Below the pieces are notes generated by a model. It was not told where the DNA came from and did no database searches. It was given only the letters and a program-made list of their open reading frames with translations. A stretch of DNA of 64,000 nucleotides from contig JAYWIR010000004.1 of assembly GCA_036172245.1 (NCBI GenBank), positions 992,001 to 1,056,000 on the forward strand. Direction: 5' to 3'. Positions 25,960-38,912 of the stretch are shown in pieces (the first letter of the stretch is position 1; each line of letters starts with the position of its first letter). This stretch comes from Raillietiella orientalis. Lineage: Eukaryota. The translations under genes were made by a program, and so were the position numbers.

Positions 25960-27000
25960 ATACCGCGAAGCCTGCATCAGATTCGGTCCGGAAAACAATC
26001 TTTCACTCTTGTTTCGGGATCCCCGAGTCCAGGGAATCATGACGGTTCTTCTAGCTGCCTACTGAACCTCAAATGCTGGGCTCATTGCTTCATTCTGGGG
26101 GAGAGGAAAGTGGGAAAGGTCCGCAAAGGTTCCGATATGATCTTCACTCCTTTACTAACTCCACAGAGTTCTTCATCCAGTAAGATCAGACGAGTTGGAT
26201 GATCTCATTTGTCTGACTGGAAACTTATTTTGCAGCAGGGCATCCACGTGTGCTCCCTTCTCCCCCAAGAAGAATACTTTGAAGTTTCCTGGGATGCTCT
26301 AAACATCCTTCCAAATAACACATCCAGGAAAATCGTCAAGATCGAACGATGGCGCTTTTCGCTGCGATTCGAAGGCTGCACTTCAAAAAAACAGATTGGA
26401 TTCTGCAAGCCGAGTGTTGAAGTGCGAAAACGGAGGACAAATGGAGGACTGAAATGCAATGCACCAAGGTGGATGACATGCACCAGGAGCGGAAGGCGGA
26501 AAAATTCCAGTAAACGTATGAAGGGCACGCGGAAAAAGATCCGCGACTGCTGGACAGAGTCATTCGAGTCGGCCGTGAATCCCTCCTTTTCTAGGATGAA
26601 TCGATCAGAGTCCGAGGAAAGCAGTCCAAGTTATAAAAGTGACTCGAGAAACGCAAATTTGAAACCAGGGTGCAGCCACATCTCGTTCTCTGGAGGCATT
26701 TCTGTTGCAAGCCCAACAGGGATACCTTGACAGATACGAAAATGCATGCCATTTCACTGTCGTTTCTTAAAAGAATTCACAAATCGTACGAACAATTTCT
26801 ATGGTATTTATTTTACTGCATGAACGGCGTTTTTTTCCCTCTCTGATTTTGTTTGGGACTTTGCGAATTCTTTGGCGCCCGTCGGTCGGTGCTGTTTTCC
26901 GGTTTTTTACTCCTGAGGATAACAAGGACAGATGGAGGATGATCCAGAGATTAGAAACTAACGAAGGATTTATCTGCAAAGTCCCAGAATCTTCGTTGAT
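25960..27000 (-). pseudogene. Helicase C-terminal half of the same family, degenerate
   Basis: SNLWIIL and KINTIEI (ORF 26767-26979), SDLTG* (~26190-26173, motif V-like), QNEAMSPA (~26097-26074, compare EAxSRA motif VI). Confidence 0.45.
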
Positions 27001-27980
27001 TTAGAGAGATCTCTTACATCTTACAACCCTTACAACCTTCCGTGGTGTTTAACATGGAGGGGAAACCACAAAAGTAGTACACTGCTCAAAGCTGAAGCAA
27101 TCCAAGTACGCTTTCACTTGGTGGTTACTTGTCCAAGTGAAACGCACACACGCGCACATACGTACACTAATGATGAGGTACAAGCAGCGGCGCAATACAC
27201 TTGCTTATTATTCCGTAATTTTATTTTCATCTCATCCGATACTGTTCATCAGAAAAAGGCGCTCAAGAAGAATGATTTTCATTGCATCTGTTACTGTGCC
27301 TGCCCATCCTGCCAAGGACATGAAATTACCGTTTCCAGAATCATCCTGAAAAAATAAGTCAGTCGCAGAGACTGCGATCGTGGCTGTGCGAAATCTCAGG
27401 AAACAGCAGGACGTGAGGCCAGATGGCCAAACAAATCAAGGAAAAAGAGAGAGAGAGAAAAACCTCTACCACTTTACAAAGGAAGTGAATTATGTCGGCA
27501 CCGGGAGTTACCGAGCCGTTCAAACACCGTGTCCCTCCTCGAAGCATGGCCCATTATGGCATGACCAACCTGCTGGGACATTTTAGCAGCATGTTTTAAA
27601 CTTTGGATTTTTTTTTTTTTTTTTTCTCGACTCACACTCAGCATGTACGAAGAAGACAAAAGCCGGCATGCACTCTGATTTACTTCTTCCCTCTCCGCCT
27701 AGTTTGCAAATATCGAAATAGGGGCTAATCAAAGCGCGGCACGAAGATCGACGTGTCTTTTCGCGGGAACAGTTCTTTTGTACGGCTGTCCTCGGAAAAA
27801 ACGCGCTTCAAAGCGAGGGGGAGGTTCCTCCACGCGGATCGTCCTCCGAAAAAAAAAAAAAAAAAAGGAAACAAAAAAACACTCTCATGGTCCCCCCGAT
27901 CGCTAAAATGCACGTAAGCACGGGATCCACGCAGCAGGCGAAATTTAAACAGGAATCGCGAGCCCAGGATCTCCTGTTGC

Positions 27981-29520
27981 CTATTTATTGAGGATAATGA
28001 GCTTACCTGAACGCACTCTTACGCGAAGAGCTTCCTTCTTTAGCCCGGCCGCATGCAAATACGTAGCACTCCTCACTTCAAATGAGTAAGGTTTATCAGA
28101 CACCCACAGGCATTCACCTACGTAAAAAACTGAGTCGTAGAAAGAAAATAGGCAGTTTTTCAAGTCACACAACCGAATAAGGTGATTGAATAATATGCAG
28201 CTTTCCGGACATCCCTTCGGGATCGCTTCCCACACGGTGTGGATGCGATTTCGAAGAGCAGGCGGCCAAGCGTCCGACGTATCGGAAGTTTGTTTGAGCA
28301 GGTGTGAGAGGGTCAGAGGGAAAAGAAAAAAAAAAAAAAAAAATCCGGGGGATGCTTACAGATTCTCCATCCGAAGATTCCGGGGGAAGGCCACCGCTGT
28401 TTTTATTTGTGCCGAGGGTCGGAAGCGCCGAAACGGACACACGTAACGTCGCGGTTTGCGGGAGGAGGAGGCGTAAGGACGACTGCGAAGGGAACGGTTA
28501 ATAGAGACGTGAAAACCTTCACGCATTTTTGTTTAGCCGTAATGCAAATCGGATGCTGAGACGGCGTTGCACCAGGTGACCTTGAAGTGTGCTTTCCATC
28601 ATCAGTTGTTACTAGCCCGGCAGTGATTTCCACGTCTCCGTTTCGCGCTCGTGTTTGTCCGTTTCGCCGATCTTCAGGAGCGAGGAATAATGAGGATTGG
28701 TGTTTTAGATTTGGAAGCACGGGTGCTTACCAGGAACGTTTTCTCTCTTCCTTACTTTTTTTTTTTTTCCTTTTTTTCCGAATCGGCCTCCGCAACGTCA
28801 TCGTTTACCGAGCTTAATGCGTTTCGTCAATCCGTGGAATACCGGTGCGAGAGAGGAATTTCTGGAGATCTCTGTGGCAGTCTTGCTCTCTTCTTACAGC
28901 GAAGGACTTTTTTCTCTGGTCCTCCTGCAGCTGAGGGAACCGGGCCACCGGAAATCACTCCAAGCTGGAAACACGGGGTTTTTGGTGACTACTGGCTCCA
29001 CTTGTTGAAAGTAGATTTGAAAGAGAGAAGAAAAAAAAAAAAAAATTGGGGACCCTCGTTCAAAGGGGGGCAAAGGCGAAAGGACTTCACCTGGCAGCTC
29101 CCTTGCTGCGAAGTATGGGGTACCGGATTCGCAAGTGAATTTCTTGTGCAGAACTTCATTCTGAAGAGGTCTTCCCTCGTTCGCCAGAAGAACGAACCAA
29201 GGAATCTAAGTTTGTGTGTGTGTGTGTGCGTGCAGCTCTGGCGATGCGGAGCTGTTTCCCGTTTCTCAATTCCTGTCCCTTCCCTCTGATAGTCTGAGAA
29301 GCCGCGTAATCTTCATCTCATGATCACGTGGACGGCATCCCCTCTCCTTAAGAAGAGTTTCGAGATGTTGCATGAAGGAGATGCCCACTTCCAGGTGACC
29401 CATATTTTTACAATGAGGGAACAACGAGAGGATTCCTTTGCATCCCTGTATTCGTTGCCATAGCGCACCAAAAGGCTTTCCCTTTTTACTATCCCTTTAT
29501 CTTCGCTTTGGTGGGCCGGC
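27981..29520 (-). pseudogene. Helicase half of the same family with a recognisable P-loop remnant
   Basis: YGSPGSGH-LL at 29404-29375 (Walker A G-x-P-G-S-G-K-T with KT lost), followed after a frameshift by KLFLRRGDAVHVI (ORF 29313-29522). KTATEI near 28880-28863. FYVGECLWV...EALRVRVRSGKLIIL* (ORF 27981-28235). Confidence 0.55.
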
Positions 29521-29749
29521 AAGAAGAATTTTTCCAGGCTCTTTGCCGACCCAACATGCAGATCCTGGAGATTTCAGGCTCTTGAATCTACCGAGGGAAT
29601 GCACCTGCAGTGACAGACTTCGGATTTCTTCGTTTCCTACCAGCCTCTTGCACGCGCCAGCTTCGCCTCGCGGTGCGGAATCTCCGCGTTCCTTCCCTCC
29701 CTGGCTGCTCTCCGCACAGGAAAGAAGGAAAACACGGGAACCGCCTGAA

Positions 29750-30170
29750 CAGCAGCCTTTGGGAATGGGAGTGGACGGGAGAGGCAGGAGCCAGTTGGAC
29801 CGATAGTAGGAGGGCTGCTCTGGGACCCTACTCTGGCTTCTCAGAAGTGCGCCTGCTCACCAAGATCCAAGATGGGTTGCTCGCTGGAAAGGAAGCTCCG
29901 GGCATCCTGGAGGATTGAGGATTGCATTCAGAAGCAGAGGGCTAGCACGCCTCTCCTAAGGATACCTGATGCTGATGTGAATGTTACCGCGGTGCTTTAT
30001 GGAAACGTTCCGCCGGCCATAGACGAGGAAAGCCTTGCCTACGTCTTGCGCGCGACCCTCTGGATTGCATTTGCTCCGAAGCGAGAGGAGTCCGAGGAAG
30101 AAAGGAGCTCCCAGCTTTCACGAGCGTTTTGTCACGCGCCGCAAATTTTTCAAACCAAAGTGGACGGTTG
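29750..30170 (+). mobile_element. LINE ORF2 C-terminal fragment, tail-to-tail with the next element
   Basis: LLRIPDADVNVTAVLYGNVP...LAYVLRATLWIA (ORF 29872-30207) resembles the post-zf-RVT helix region of L1/Tx1 ORF2. Confidence 0.35.
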
Positions 30171-30780
30171 TATTCTCACCCGGGTACAGCGGGACATTTC
30201 TTTATAAATTATATAAACATTTACAATTTCTGTGGTTGGACCCGTGGACGAACCCCGTCCTTTTGTGATCTCACCTGCCGCGTTACTGGTTCGCAGACCG
30301 GTGAGGTCCACCAAGGTAGCAGAGGGGAGGATATAAACAAAAAGAAAAAGAAGCAAAACAAAAATAAAACAATTTCGGAGGGATCACTGTCGTCTGGGAG
30401 CGGTCCTCTGCATCCTTCGGAGAATGCCGGCAAGCTCTTGCTGCATAGGGTCCTTCAGGTGAAACCATCTAGTTGCGGTCCTCATGAATCGGAGGGCGAA
30501 GTGAATGGCATCTTTTTCTCTGTGTTCTCCTCTTGCGTCGCTCCAGGCAGCGACGATCCCGCGTAGGCAGCAGAGAGCTGCTAGCGAGGCTGCCAGTCGA
30601 AGTGTGTCGCGTAGGAGGTGGAGCCGCAAAGCGTCCCTGGAGTTGCCGCTGGGGATTCCAAGGGTCTCCGCAAAGCATTCCCAGAGGGGCTGGAGGGCAA
30701 CGCAGTCCACTAGCAGATGCGGAAGGGATTCACTCTCCCCGCACCTGCCACGGTTGGGGTCCACACTCCCAAGTGGACGG
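30171..30780 (-). mobile_element. 5'-truncated L1/Tx1-like LINE: zf-RVT C-terminus plus 3' UTR
   Basis: RCGESESLPHLLVDCVALQPLWECFAETLG...ALCCLRGIV...DAIHF...ELAGILRRMQRT* (ORF 30384-30986), homologous to 32385-32920 and 43830-44251. Confidence 0.8.
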
Positions 30781-31162
30781 CTGGGGGGTTCCGCCGCTGT
30801 CGCTGAGGGAAGCAGCTGAAGACGTAAAACTTCGAAACGGGCGCTCCCGCCTTTGATGATCTCTAGAGACGGTGGGAGGTGCGCACCAGCGGAAGGAAGA
30901 GCCTGTACTTGCGGCCACATCCGCACGCTGTCGCTGCAACCCGATGCCGCTTCAGCATCCCTCTGCTCGAGCGGACGGAGTTCCACGAGGCCACCGCCAA
31001 GCTCATTGATCGATTCCCCGAGCTCATCGCCCAGGAGACTCGAACGCAGGCCCTGGGCTGAAGTGCGGCGACCATCGAGAATGAGAGTTCCATCTGCCAG
31101 TTGCAGGAGCGCTACGTGATTGCATCAGCAGGAAACAAGATGTAGGAACCAGTGAGGAGGCA

Positions 31163-31225
31163 CAAAAAAAAACACACACACACACACACAAAAAAAATGT
31201 GCGCATACACACATACACACACAAA
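31163..31225. repeat. Poly-A/(CA)n compound microsatellite
   Basis: Directly visible. Confidence 0.85.
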
Positions 31226-32384
31226 AAGAAAGTTGCTGACGCGGCAGCTGTCCATTTACATATGCGGCTATGTGGGATGCCGCTTCGGAGAACCCAGCCA
31301 CTAGAGCTGGCAAAGGCCCACCTCCGCTGCTCCAACTGCCATCACGCGGGCAGCGTCCGACTCAGAAAAAAAGGGTCTGGTTCCAACTGTCGGAGCGAGC
31401 GACCGCCCGCGTGCGTTTCGCCTTCATCTGGATGGGGGCGTGGAACAGGAAAAAGCACGAGATGCAAGATTTTTCCTCAGAGTGCCTTTTTTTCTTTTTT
31501 TTTGTCCCGTCGAAAGAGAAATGTAAATGCACCATCGAGGCTATTGAGAGTTTTGCAACGGCTGCTGCGAACACCTGATCGGCAGCAGCGGCAAAAAAGC
31601 TCTCTCCTCCCCTGAATTCCATCTGCATCCATGCGCACGCCTACTCCACGTGAATGCAATTCCTCGGAGTGCCCTCTGAAGAGGGGGCGGTGGACAGGAC
31701 GGCTCAGTGCCCAGCAACACGAATAAACGGATACTCGTGGTCAGTATGGCGGTCCGGGTGCCAGGAGGGCGTCAAAGCGAGGCGGCCATGCGACGTAACT
31801 GGGGTTGAGCAGAAGGACGGAGGAATCCAAATGGTCGAGGGGACAACGGGCGAAGAGTGAAGAAACCGACAAGGGAGGAGGCTGTCACCGGGGCCACCGC
31901 GGAAGCTCACAGCCGCAGAGTTCGGGAAGCAGCGACGTGCAATGGACGAAACCCATTGGACGGCGTAGACGCGCGCACGGGAGCTGCCCTGCGAACTGGT
32001 GAAAGCCCTGCGGCTGTAGCGGGCGAGTGCGACCCGTTTCGCTGCACATCTCGGATTCTGCAGCCGCGAGTCACACGCAGGGTGGACCAGCGTGTTGCGC
32101 CTCCACAGCCACCTCGCGCCGCGCCCTCGCATGCGTTGGCAGCGCGAAGGTGCCCCGTGGGGGCAGCAGCTCGCGCTCGTCACGGAGCGCCGGCGCGTGG
32201 TGCTTTGGAAAAAGGGAAGCCCGCGTCGGAGGCCCGCGTGGCTACTACGGCCACCGCGCGTGGTACGAAGCGCTGCAGGTTCGAGAAATGGATGCGTTCG
32301 TGGGTTTGGAATCTCTCCCTCAGGATGACGCTGGTTGGCCTGTGGGGCTTCAGGTACGGCACTGGTTGAGACCCAAAATAAACA

Positions 32385-33660
32385 TACACGTCTGTGGCAG
32401 GAAGTTTGATGCTGCCACGTCGCTTATAACTACGAAAAGGAACCTGCCGGGAACTGGCACGCAGGCCAGCAGGGTTCTCTTTGGCAGCACAGGGGAAGGG
32501 GAGACAAACAAAGGGGGGGGGGAGAAATAAAACGAAAAACATATAGTCAGAAAAATGGGGAAGGGGGGGTTGATTCGGGAGGGAATCACTGTGTGCTTGG
32601 GAGTGTCCTCTGCATCCTTGTAAGGGTGCCGGCAAGTTCCTGTTTCAAGACTCCCAGATGGGGACATCTTGAAGCTGTCCTCACCTAGATGGCGTCCTTG
32701 TCGTTCTGGTGTCCTCTTTCGTTGCTCCATGCAGCCACGATCTCGAATAGGCAGCAAAGTGCTGCTGGGGATGGGGCCAGCGTGAGGGTGCTGCGCAGGA
32801 AGAGGCGCTTTAAAACGTCTCTGGCATTGCCTTTGCCGTGGGTTCCAAGGGTCGCGGCAAAGCGTTCCCAGAGGAGCCGGAGGGAAACACAGTCCACTAA
32901 GAGGTGCCGGAGGGATTCAAAACGGTCAAAATTTCAGAGTGGTGGGATTAAGGGGACCTACGGAGCACGGGTTTAACGGTGTTCAGAATCAAATAGGAAG
33001 GGGACGCGGATGAAAGAAACTTTGCCTATGCCAAGAGCACATTAACTGGGAAGCAGTTGCTTTGGTATGATTCCGAGGAGCCAGGCAGAAGAAACAAGTC
33101 CCCATCCATGCAGTTCCCCGCACTGATGCAGTTTGTATCCACACACTCCCGTCTCCAATGATGCCGGCGGGCGTTGCACGGAAGGCCCCAGTGCAGTATT
33201 GGTGAAAGCCGGAAATCGAATGCCTCCGTTGAATGGTCGGGATTGGAAGCTGACCTTCCGGGATTCTTCCAGGAATCAAGGAGCTCTTCGGAGTTCCCCT
33301 TCGGTTGTGAAGATGGAACCCTCCCTTATCTCCTAGAGTGAGGATCCTCCATCTCGCACCACGGAGCTGGTGGATTGATACTCTTCCAGAATGTGGAAGA
33401 AGCGCGCCGCTCTCTTCAAGGAAGTGCCCTTCGGAGAAATTTGGAAGCGTACTTTCGGGATTCTCTTCAGAGGAGTAACCAGGAGCTGTTCCCTTGCAGG
33501 TTTCCTCCGGAGGAGAGATGAGAAGCAGTTCCCATTAACTGGGGGGTCCTTCAAGAGAGAATAAGGATGAGATTCCCTTGGAGGTTTCTCCCCAGCCAGT
33601 AAGAGAAACAGACTCCTTCCTCCTTATGAATCTGGGAAGGCTCCTGGATTCCTAGGATTC
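32385..33660 (-). mobile_element. L1/Tx1-like LINE 3' portion (same family as 30171-30780)
   Basis: ESLRHLLVDCVSLRLLWERFAATLG...ALCCLFEIV...KDAI*...ELAGTLTRMQRT*, then a T/C-rich 3' UTR. Clear nucleotide similarity to 30384-30730. Confidence 0.78.
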
Positions 33661-33989
33661 ATAGTGAGGTCTCTCTGGAGTGATCTCTTAACTTGAAAAG
33701 GCACGCACCCTCGGGTGGCGTGGATAGTGTTAAGGAGCTTCGTGAGCCCCCCTCCCCCCTAAGGAGGCGAACTGTTCTTCAGCAATTTGTGAACCGAAAA
33801 AGGAAAACTGGAAAAGGGGAGTTGCACCACTGCTGGTGCAACAGCGCCTTCTCGCGTCAGAGACGCCCAACGCGTGCGCTCACGAGAAATGAAGACGTGC
33901 CAGGGGGCTTTTGTCTATCGTGGGTGTTGATCCGTAGAAGGAGAGAACTGAAGATGGGCGGTACTTGGGAGGGAGAAGAAGATGAAACA

Positions 33990-34560
33990 GGGAGGACAAA
34001 TAAATAAATAGGAAAGGGACGGATTTTGATTGATGGAGTGGCTGTTTTTTCTAGATTGTTTGTTTGCATCTGATGGTGGTTTTATTAAGTGTGGGCAGGC
34101 GGACTCTCGCGGTGGTGATGAGAGCCAAAGTGCGTGTGAAGTGAGGATGATGATGATTGAAGGGGAGAGATGAATTGGCGGGGAAAGAGCGGAAGAGCCG
34201 CACGGAAGGAACATGGAGCTCAGCGTAATCACTCTGTTCCTTGGGCGATGGTTGGTACTGAGAGAAATGAAGAGGTGTCTTGAGATTTGGATTCTGTGTG
34301 GTGGAGGTGGTTAGCATGCAAGAATCGGACGCCGAACATTGTCGGCTCGGGGCTTCCAGAACTTACTGTTGCAATTTCAAACTGAAAGGCTATCATTTGG
34401 GGGGGAAGGGAGGGGGGGAAGTTCCGTTGTTAGTTCTTTGCGACTTTGATGAAGTGGTTGGGGTTGGTCAAGTCAGTTTAGAAAGACATATTTGTAGATA
34501 CCACAGAGTTCTTTTGAGCAACGAACGAGTAGCGAAAGACTCCTCATTTGCCTAGAAAAC
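33990..34560 (-). mobile_element. Possible further LINE 3' end
   Basis: IQISRHLFI (zf-RVT ET-x-x-HLF-like, ~34292-34266), followed by a C/A-rich tract and a short (TTTA)n tail near 34000. Weak. Confidence 0.25.
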
Positions 34561-34799
34561 TGACCGATGTGGCTAGGAGCAGCATCGTTCTAGCTTTCTG
34601 AGGAAAGAAAGCGATCACTCAAGAGTGAAGTCTTCTGGGTTCTGGGGGCTGCATTGCTTTTCCCATCCAGTTGCACCGTGAGGCCGTTTTATTACATCCC
34701 TATGTATTCATTCACTGCGTCCCCTTCCTCTCCCTTTCTAGTAACGTTGCTGGAGAGTTTTTTTTTTTCCTGTCACCCTTTCGCTCTGGGAAGGCCAAT

Positions 34800-35520
34800 G
34801 CTTGACCCTTTCTGATCATTGATTCGAAACCCACAGGCGAGGGTTCGCAGCTCGAAGACGGACATCCATCCACTTGAGAGTTTAAGGTGGGTCGGAGTTG
34901 CGGTCCTGCAGGAGGACATCGAACGGAAGGAAGGAGGTTCGAATCTCGGCTATGGTCTGCTCGGATATCCGGAACGGAACGTTCCCTTTGATCTTGTCCC
35001 TTAAGGGGGGATGGAACTGGACCACGTGGATGTAAGAGAGGAGACGAACCTCGATGAGGGGTTCCACCATCGAGAGCGACCAGATTCTCCTACTGAAGTT
35101 CAGGATACGAAGATAAGGCTGTGGTCGGTGGGACTACTGGAAATGCACTCCATTCATTCTTCCCTCGCGCTCCCGAACTTTGTGAAATTCTTGTGTTCAT
35201 CTTGAATAAATGGTCTGGCAATCCTGGATGATGAGATCATTTCAAGGAAGATACTGGATGATTCCAGACCGCTTCCAAGGGCACGTGTCGGATTCTTGGA
35301 GACGCTATGCGGCCCTTCCTGTATCTGTGGGGAAAGGGCGCTATGGATTTTTCCACAGCGTCGGAAGTCACCTGCAGGTGACCTTGGGGCGTTCGTCCGT
35401 TTCACTCTGGCAAACGATGCGACTGGTGCCTCTGCTCGGGGTTCAGAAAGGCGGAGGCATTTTCTTGGAGTTCCGCAAGGAAAATCCCGGGCTTTTCAAC
35501 TGAAATCACTTCCACTCTCC
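34800..35520 (-). mobile_element. LINE APE endonuclease remnant
   Basis: PAGDF (ORF 35154-35405, compare GDFN), KNFT, SSPTDHSLIFVS (~35138-35103), then NVPFRISE (ORF 34882-35070). Confidence 0.5.
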
Positions 35521-38073
35521 CTCGGTACTATTAGCGCACCGCCATCTTGCTGGCGGAACGCTAGGTGTCCTCCCGGAACATCACCACGCATTCATGCATT
35601 CCCAAGAAACGTGTGCCCACTGAGACCATTCCATGCGTGCTTTTCAAGCATTACGGGCAGAGCTGGAACCTCATCGTAGGGGTGCTGTGATCTTCGATGA
35701 CGCCCCTAGGGATCTTCTCAGAGGGATGCTCATTTCTTCAAGCCTACCAGCATCGTCTTCACTGGAGACCTTCTGTCACGTGATTGTCAGAGTCGCTCAG
35801 ATGGCTGTCACCGGAGTCCTCGCTCTGAGATAGTTGGGATGACGTAAGCAGGAGGATGGAATATGAGGACGTCTCAGGAAATTGCGGAAAGATTAGGTGG
35901 AAGGCAGTGAGTGGCAGCACGCCAGTTCTCCGTCACCCTTCCCTACCCACGCAGGCCCTCGGCAGGGAAGGATGACGCCCCATTTGTTTGCCTTGTTCTT
36001 TCGGCCCCGCCTTACTCGCGCCCCGAGAGAGGTTCGGACCATTTCCTTTCGTGCGGTCACTTTTAAACCCAAAATTTTATTCATTCATTTCAATTAAACA
36101 GACCAGCACATCGAGCTCAGAAAGGACCATTCCAGGAGCCTATCTAAAAATAAACAAACATTCCCACTGCAGTAGTCCTGTGGATGACGCGGTATCACTT
36201 GGCATGCAGTTTGCCGGGGCAGAGGTCTGGAGTGGAAGAGGGGCAGAGGTCAACGGACAAAGAAAAATAGGCGAATGATAGCGGCAGGGGTATGAGACCT
36301 GCGTCGGGGAAGATCAGGTAAGGCAAGGAAGCACGTTTCCCGGTGTCGAATCCCGGAATCCGTCCGCGGTTATCCTGAGGCGTTACTCCCTTGTGGCCTC
36401 TGCCTTCTGGAAAGGAAATTGAGCGCGATACTCGAGGGGTGCTGCTGCAGAAGGGTCACTCCGGGTCGCGCCCGGATGTCACGGCCCGCATCTGAGCGAA
36501 CTGCCGCCCGCCAAAAGTCGGGCTGGCCGGGACGCTGCTGACGAAAGGATGAAGCGACCTTCCAGGCAGAAGAGTCTCTGCAACTGCAGCCGGAATGAGG
36601 CTCGCCATCGATGTCGAGGGAAAGTCCATCCGTCGCCTCTTTCGCGAGCCGGCTCCGCGGACGCCGCGAAACTCCCAGGAGTCGCCAACGACTTGCTCCC
36701 GCTTCCGCTCGCTCGTGGACATCCGACCCTCCAGTCTTCCGGCGTCCAGTGTGAATACCAAGGACGGGCCCATTTGAGGGATCAGCGGGCCGTGGGTGGC
36801 TGCAGTTAGGCCTGCTTGTGTGGCTTTCTCTCTGGAAGTCTCCTGCGGCGTGTTGAGCCAAATCTTTGACGGAGAAGAGGTGGGTGGAGGGGGATTCATC
36901 TTTGGTGACGGCACTGTCGGCCTCTTCTCCTCCTGTCATCACTTTTCGAAGAACGCGTTTGGTGATCACCGGGTCCTCCTGTTAGGCTGTGGAATTCTTT
37001 TTTCTGGAGAACGCGAGGCGAATATCTCTGAGCCGGGAGCCGCGCGAGGCTGGAGCGTCGGAGCCGTGCCGGAAGTAGAGACTTGTCGGGGAGAGACGTG
37101 CCTTCCTTTGCACCCCCTCGGAGCAGTCAGAGGTGAGGTCTCTTCCTTCTCCCGGGAAGCTCGAAGGCAAGCCAGAGGGCAGGAGGAGAGTCGAACGAGC
37201 GGATGAGGTCGGCGAGGCCATACCTGTCGAAGGGCGCGATCCCGCCACGCGTGCCACGTGCTAAGGCGCGCGTGGCACCACCCACGATGAAGGAGGCGAT
37301 ATGTTTCCTTTCGCAGCTGCCGCTACTGTCGAACGCTCCCCATCCCTTGAGATCGCGGACTGCCGTCGATCTCCTGCCGAAGCACCCTCCACCTCGAAGG
37401 TCGCGCCCTTCGAAAGGAACACGCGCTCTCCCTCTTTTGCTCGCAGCTTGAGTAAAAAACCTTCCCATCAGATGAGTCCAACCACTTGTTCCCGAGAATA
37501 CCCTCCCCTTCAACCTGAGCCTGACCCTCTTAATTGGTTGGAGTAAGTGGTGGATTCACCCTCCTCTCTTTAGCACTCCCACGAGTCGCGGCAACTTCCC
37601 TTCCGAATTCCAGAGCATCCGCGCACCCGGCTCCGGCAATTGGATCGCCACCTCCGCCTCCTCCCTACCTGCTTCCACCTTCCCTGCTCAGGAGCCCCTG
37701 CCCATACATTCAGGAAAAGAAGAGAGTGGCTCCGCGGGCCGCTGGCACACACACATGACGGCGACCCTCGACCTGCGACCCGCACGAGCACCAGCATGAG
37801 CACGCGAGGCAAGTCACACACCCCGTCCTTGTGGCCCTACCGGAACACTCTGTCTCGTGCCAGGAAGGTGGACACAGCACGGCGCCCTGCGATTCCGCAG
37901 CAGCACCGGGCTGCCTTTCGGACGGGAAGTCCGGAATTGCTCAAGGGAAGAACGATGTGTTGGAGAGAGCAGGCAGGCGTGAAAGAGGCGCCCTCCATCA
38001 TTCTGGCAAGAGAGATAGACAGGAAGGTCGGCTGAGGGCCTGCCCTCTGGTGTCCACGGAGGTGCATCCCAGT

Positions 38074-38885
38074 CGATAGGTCGGCCCGACGCGAGGTGGT
38101 CTCCGCTTGGACGCAGGAGGTCGGAGGAAGGTCATCGGCTTGCAGGCGCTCGCAGCTCCGGAGGAAGGAGGTTGCCGGATTACCAAAGCTTGCCTACAGG
38201 CAGGGAAGGACGCCTTCCCACGCGAATCCACAGGGGCGGCGGAGGCCCGGGTCAGGCGTGCCTTCGCACGTGCGAAGAACGGGAGCAGCCGAGGGAACGC
38301 CCCCGCGTTGCCTTCGAGGTCGCTCGCCGACGCGTCCACTTCGAGAGTGCGCATCGCCGCGGCGCGTTCCTCAGGGCCCGAGACGGGGCGCAATCGGAAG
38401 AAATGTGCCCCCTTCCTGCTCCCTCCCCCCCCGCCGCGAGCCTCCTCAGAGGGCAAGCCACTCCGGGGACGGGAAAACGCGGGAGTGTCCAGGCCCGCGC
38501 GGTGCGAGAAGGCCCGGAGCACGTGAGACACCTCCGGGAGTGGCGTTCCCCGAGATGGGGAGGGGTAGGTAGCAGGAAAACCCTCCTGGATATCCCCGAC
38601 GAGGCTCCCACAGCGTTTCGGGATGCTGCACCGTCTGCTGAGAGTCGGTTGCGGATCCCAGAGCGAGGTGCAGGCAGCCTGCACCTGGTTGGGTCTTGGA
38701 GAGGCGTTCGCAGTCTTCGGGACAGTAGGTGAGACGAGACGCATCCCCGTGGTGAGAGCGACCTGCGAGGGAGCACCAGCCCGTCGCGTGTCTCAGCAGC
38801 ACGGTTGCGACGAGTCGGCGCTGCGTAAGGGCGGCGGGGAGCAGCGAGAGTCGTCCGAGACGGCGGCTCAGGGAGCTCGTGGGAT
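38074..38885 (+). repeat. Left arm of an 812-bp near-perfect inverted repeat
   Basis: Reverse complement of 41383-42194; coordinate sums are constant (80268), so no net indel. Three substitutions seen by eye. The ORF track shows mirrored proteins. Confidence 0.97.
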
Positions 38886-38912
38886 GGCATGCGAGAGTAC
38901 TCCCTCCCCCTC

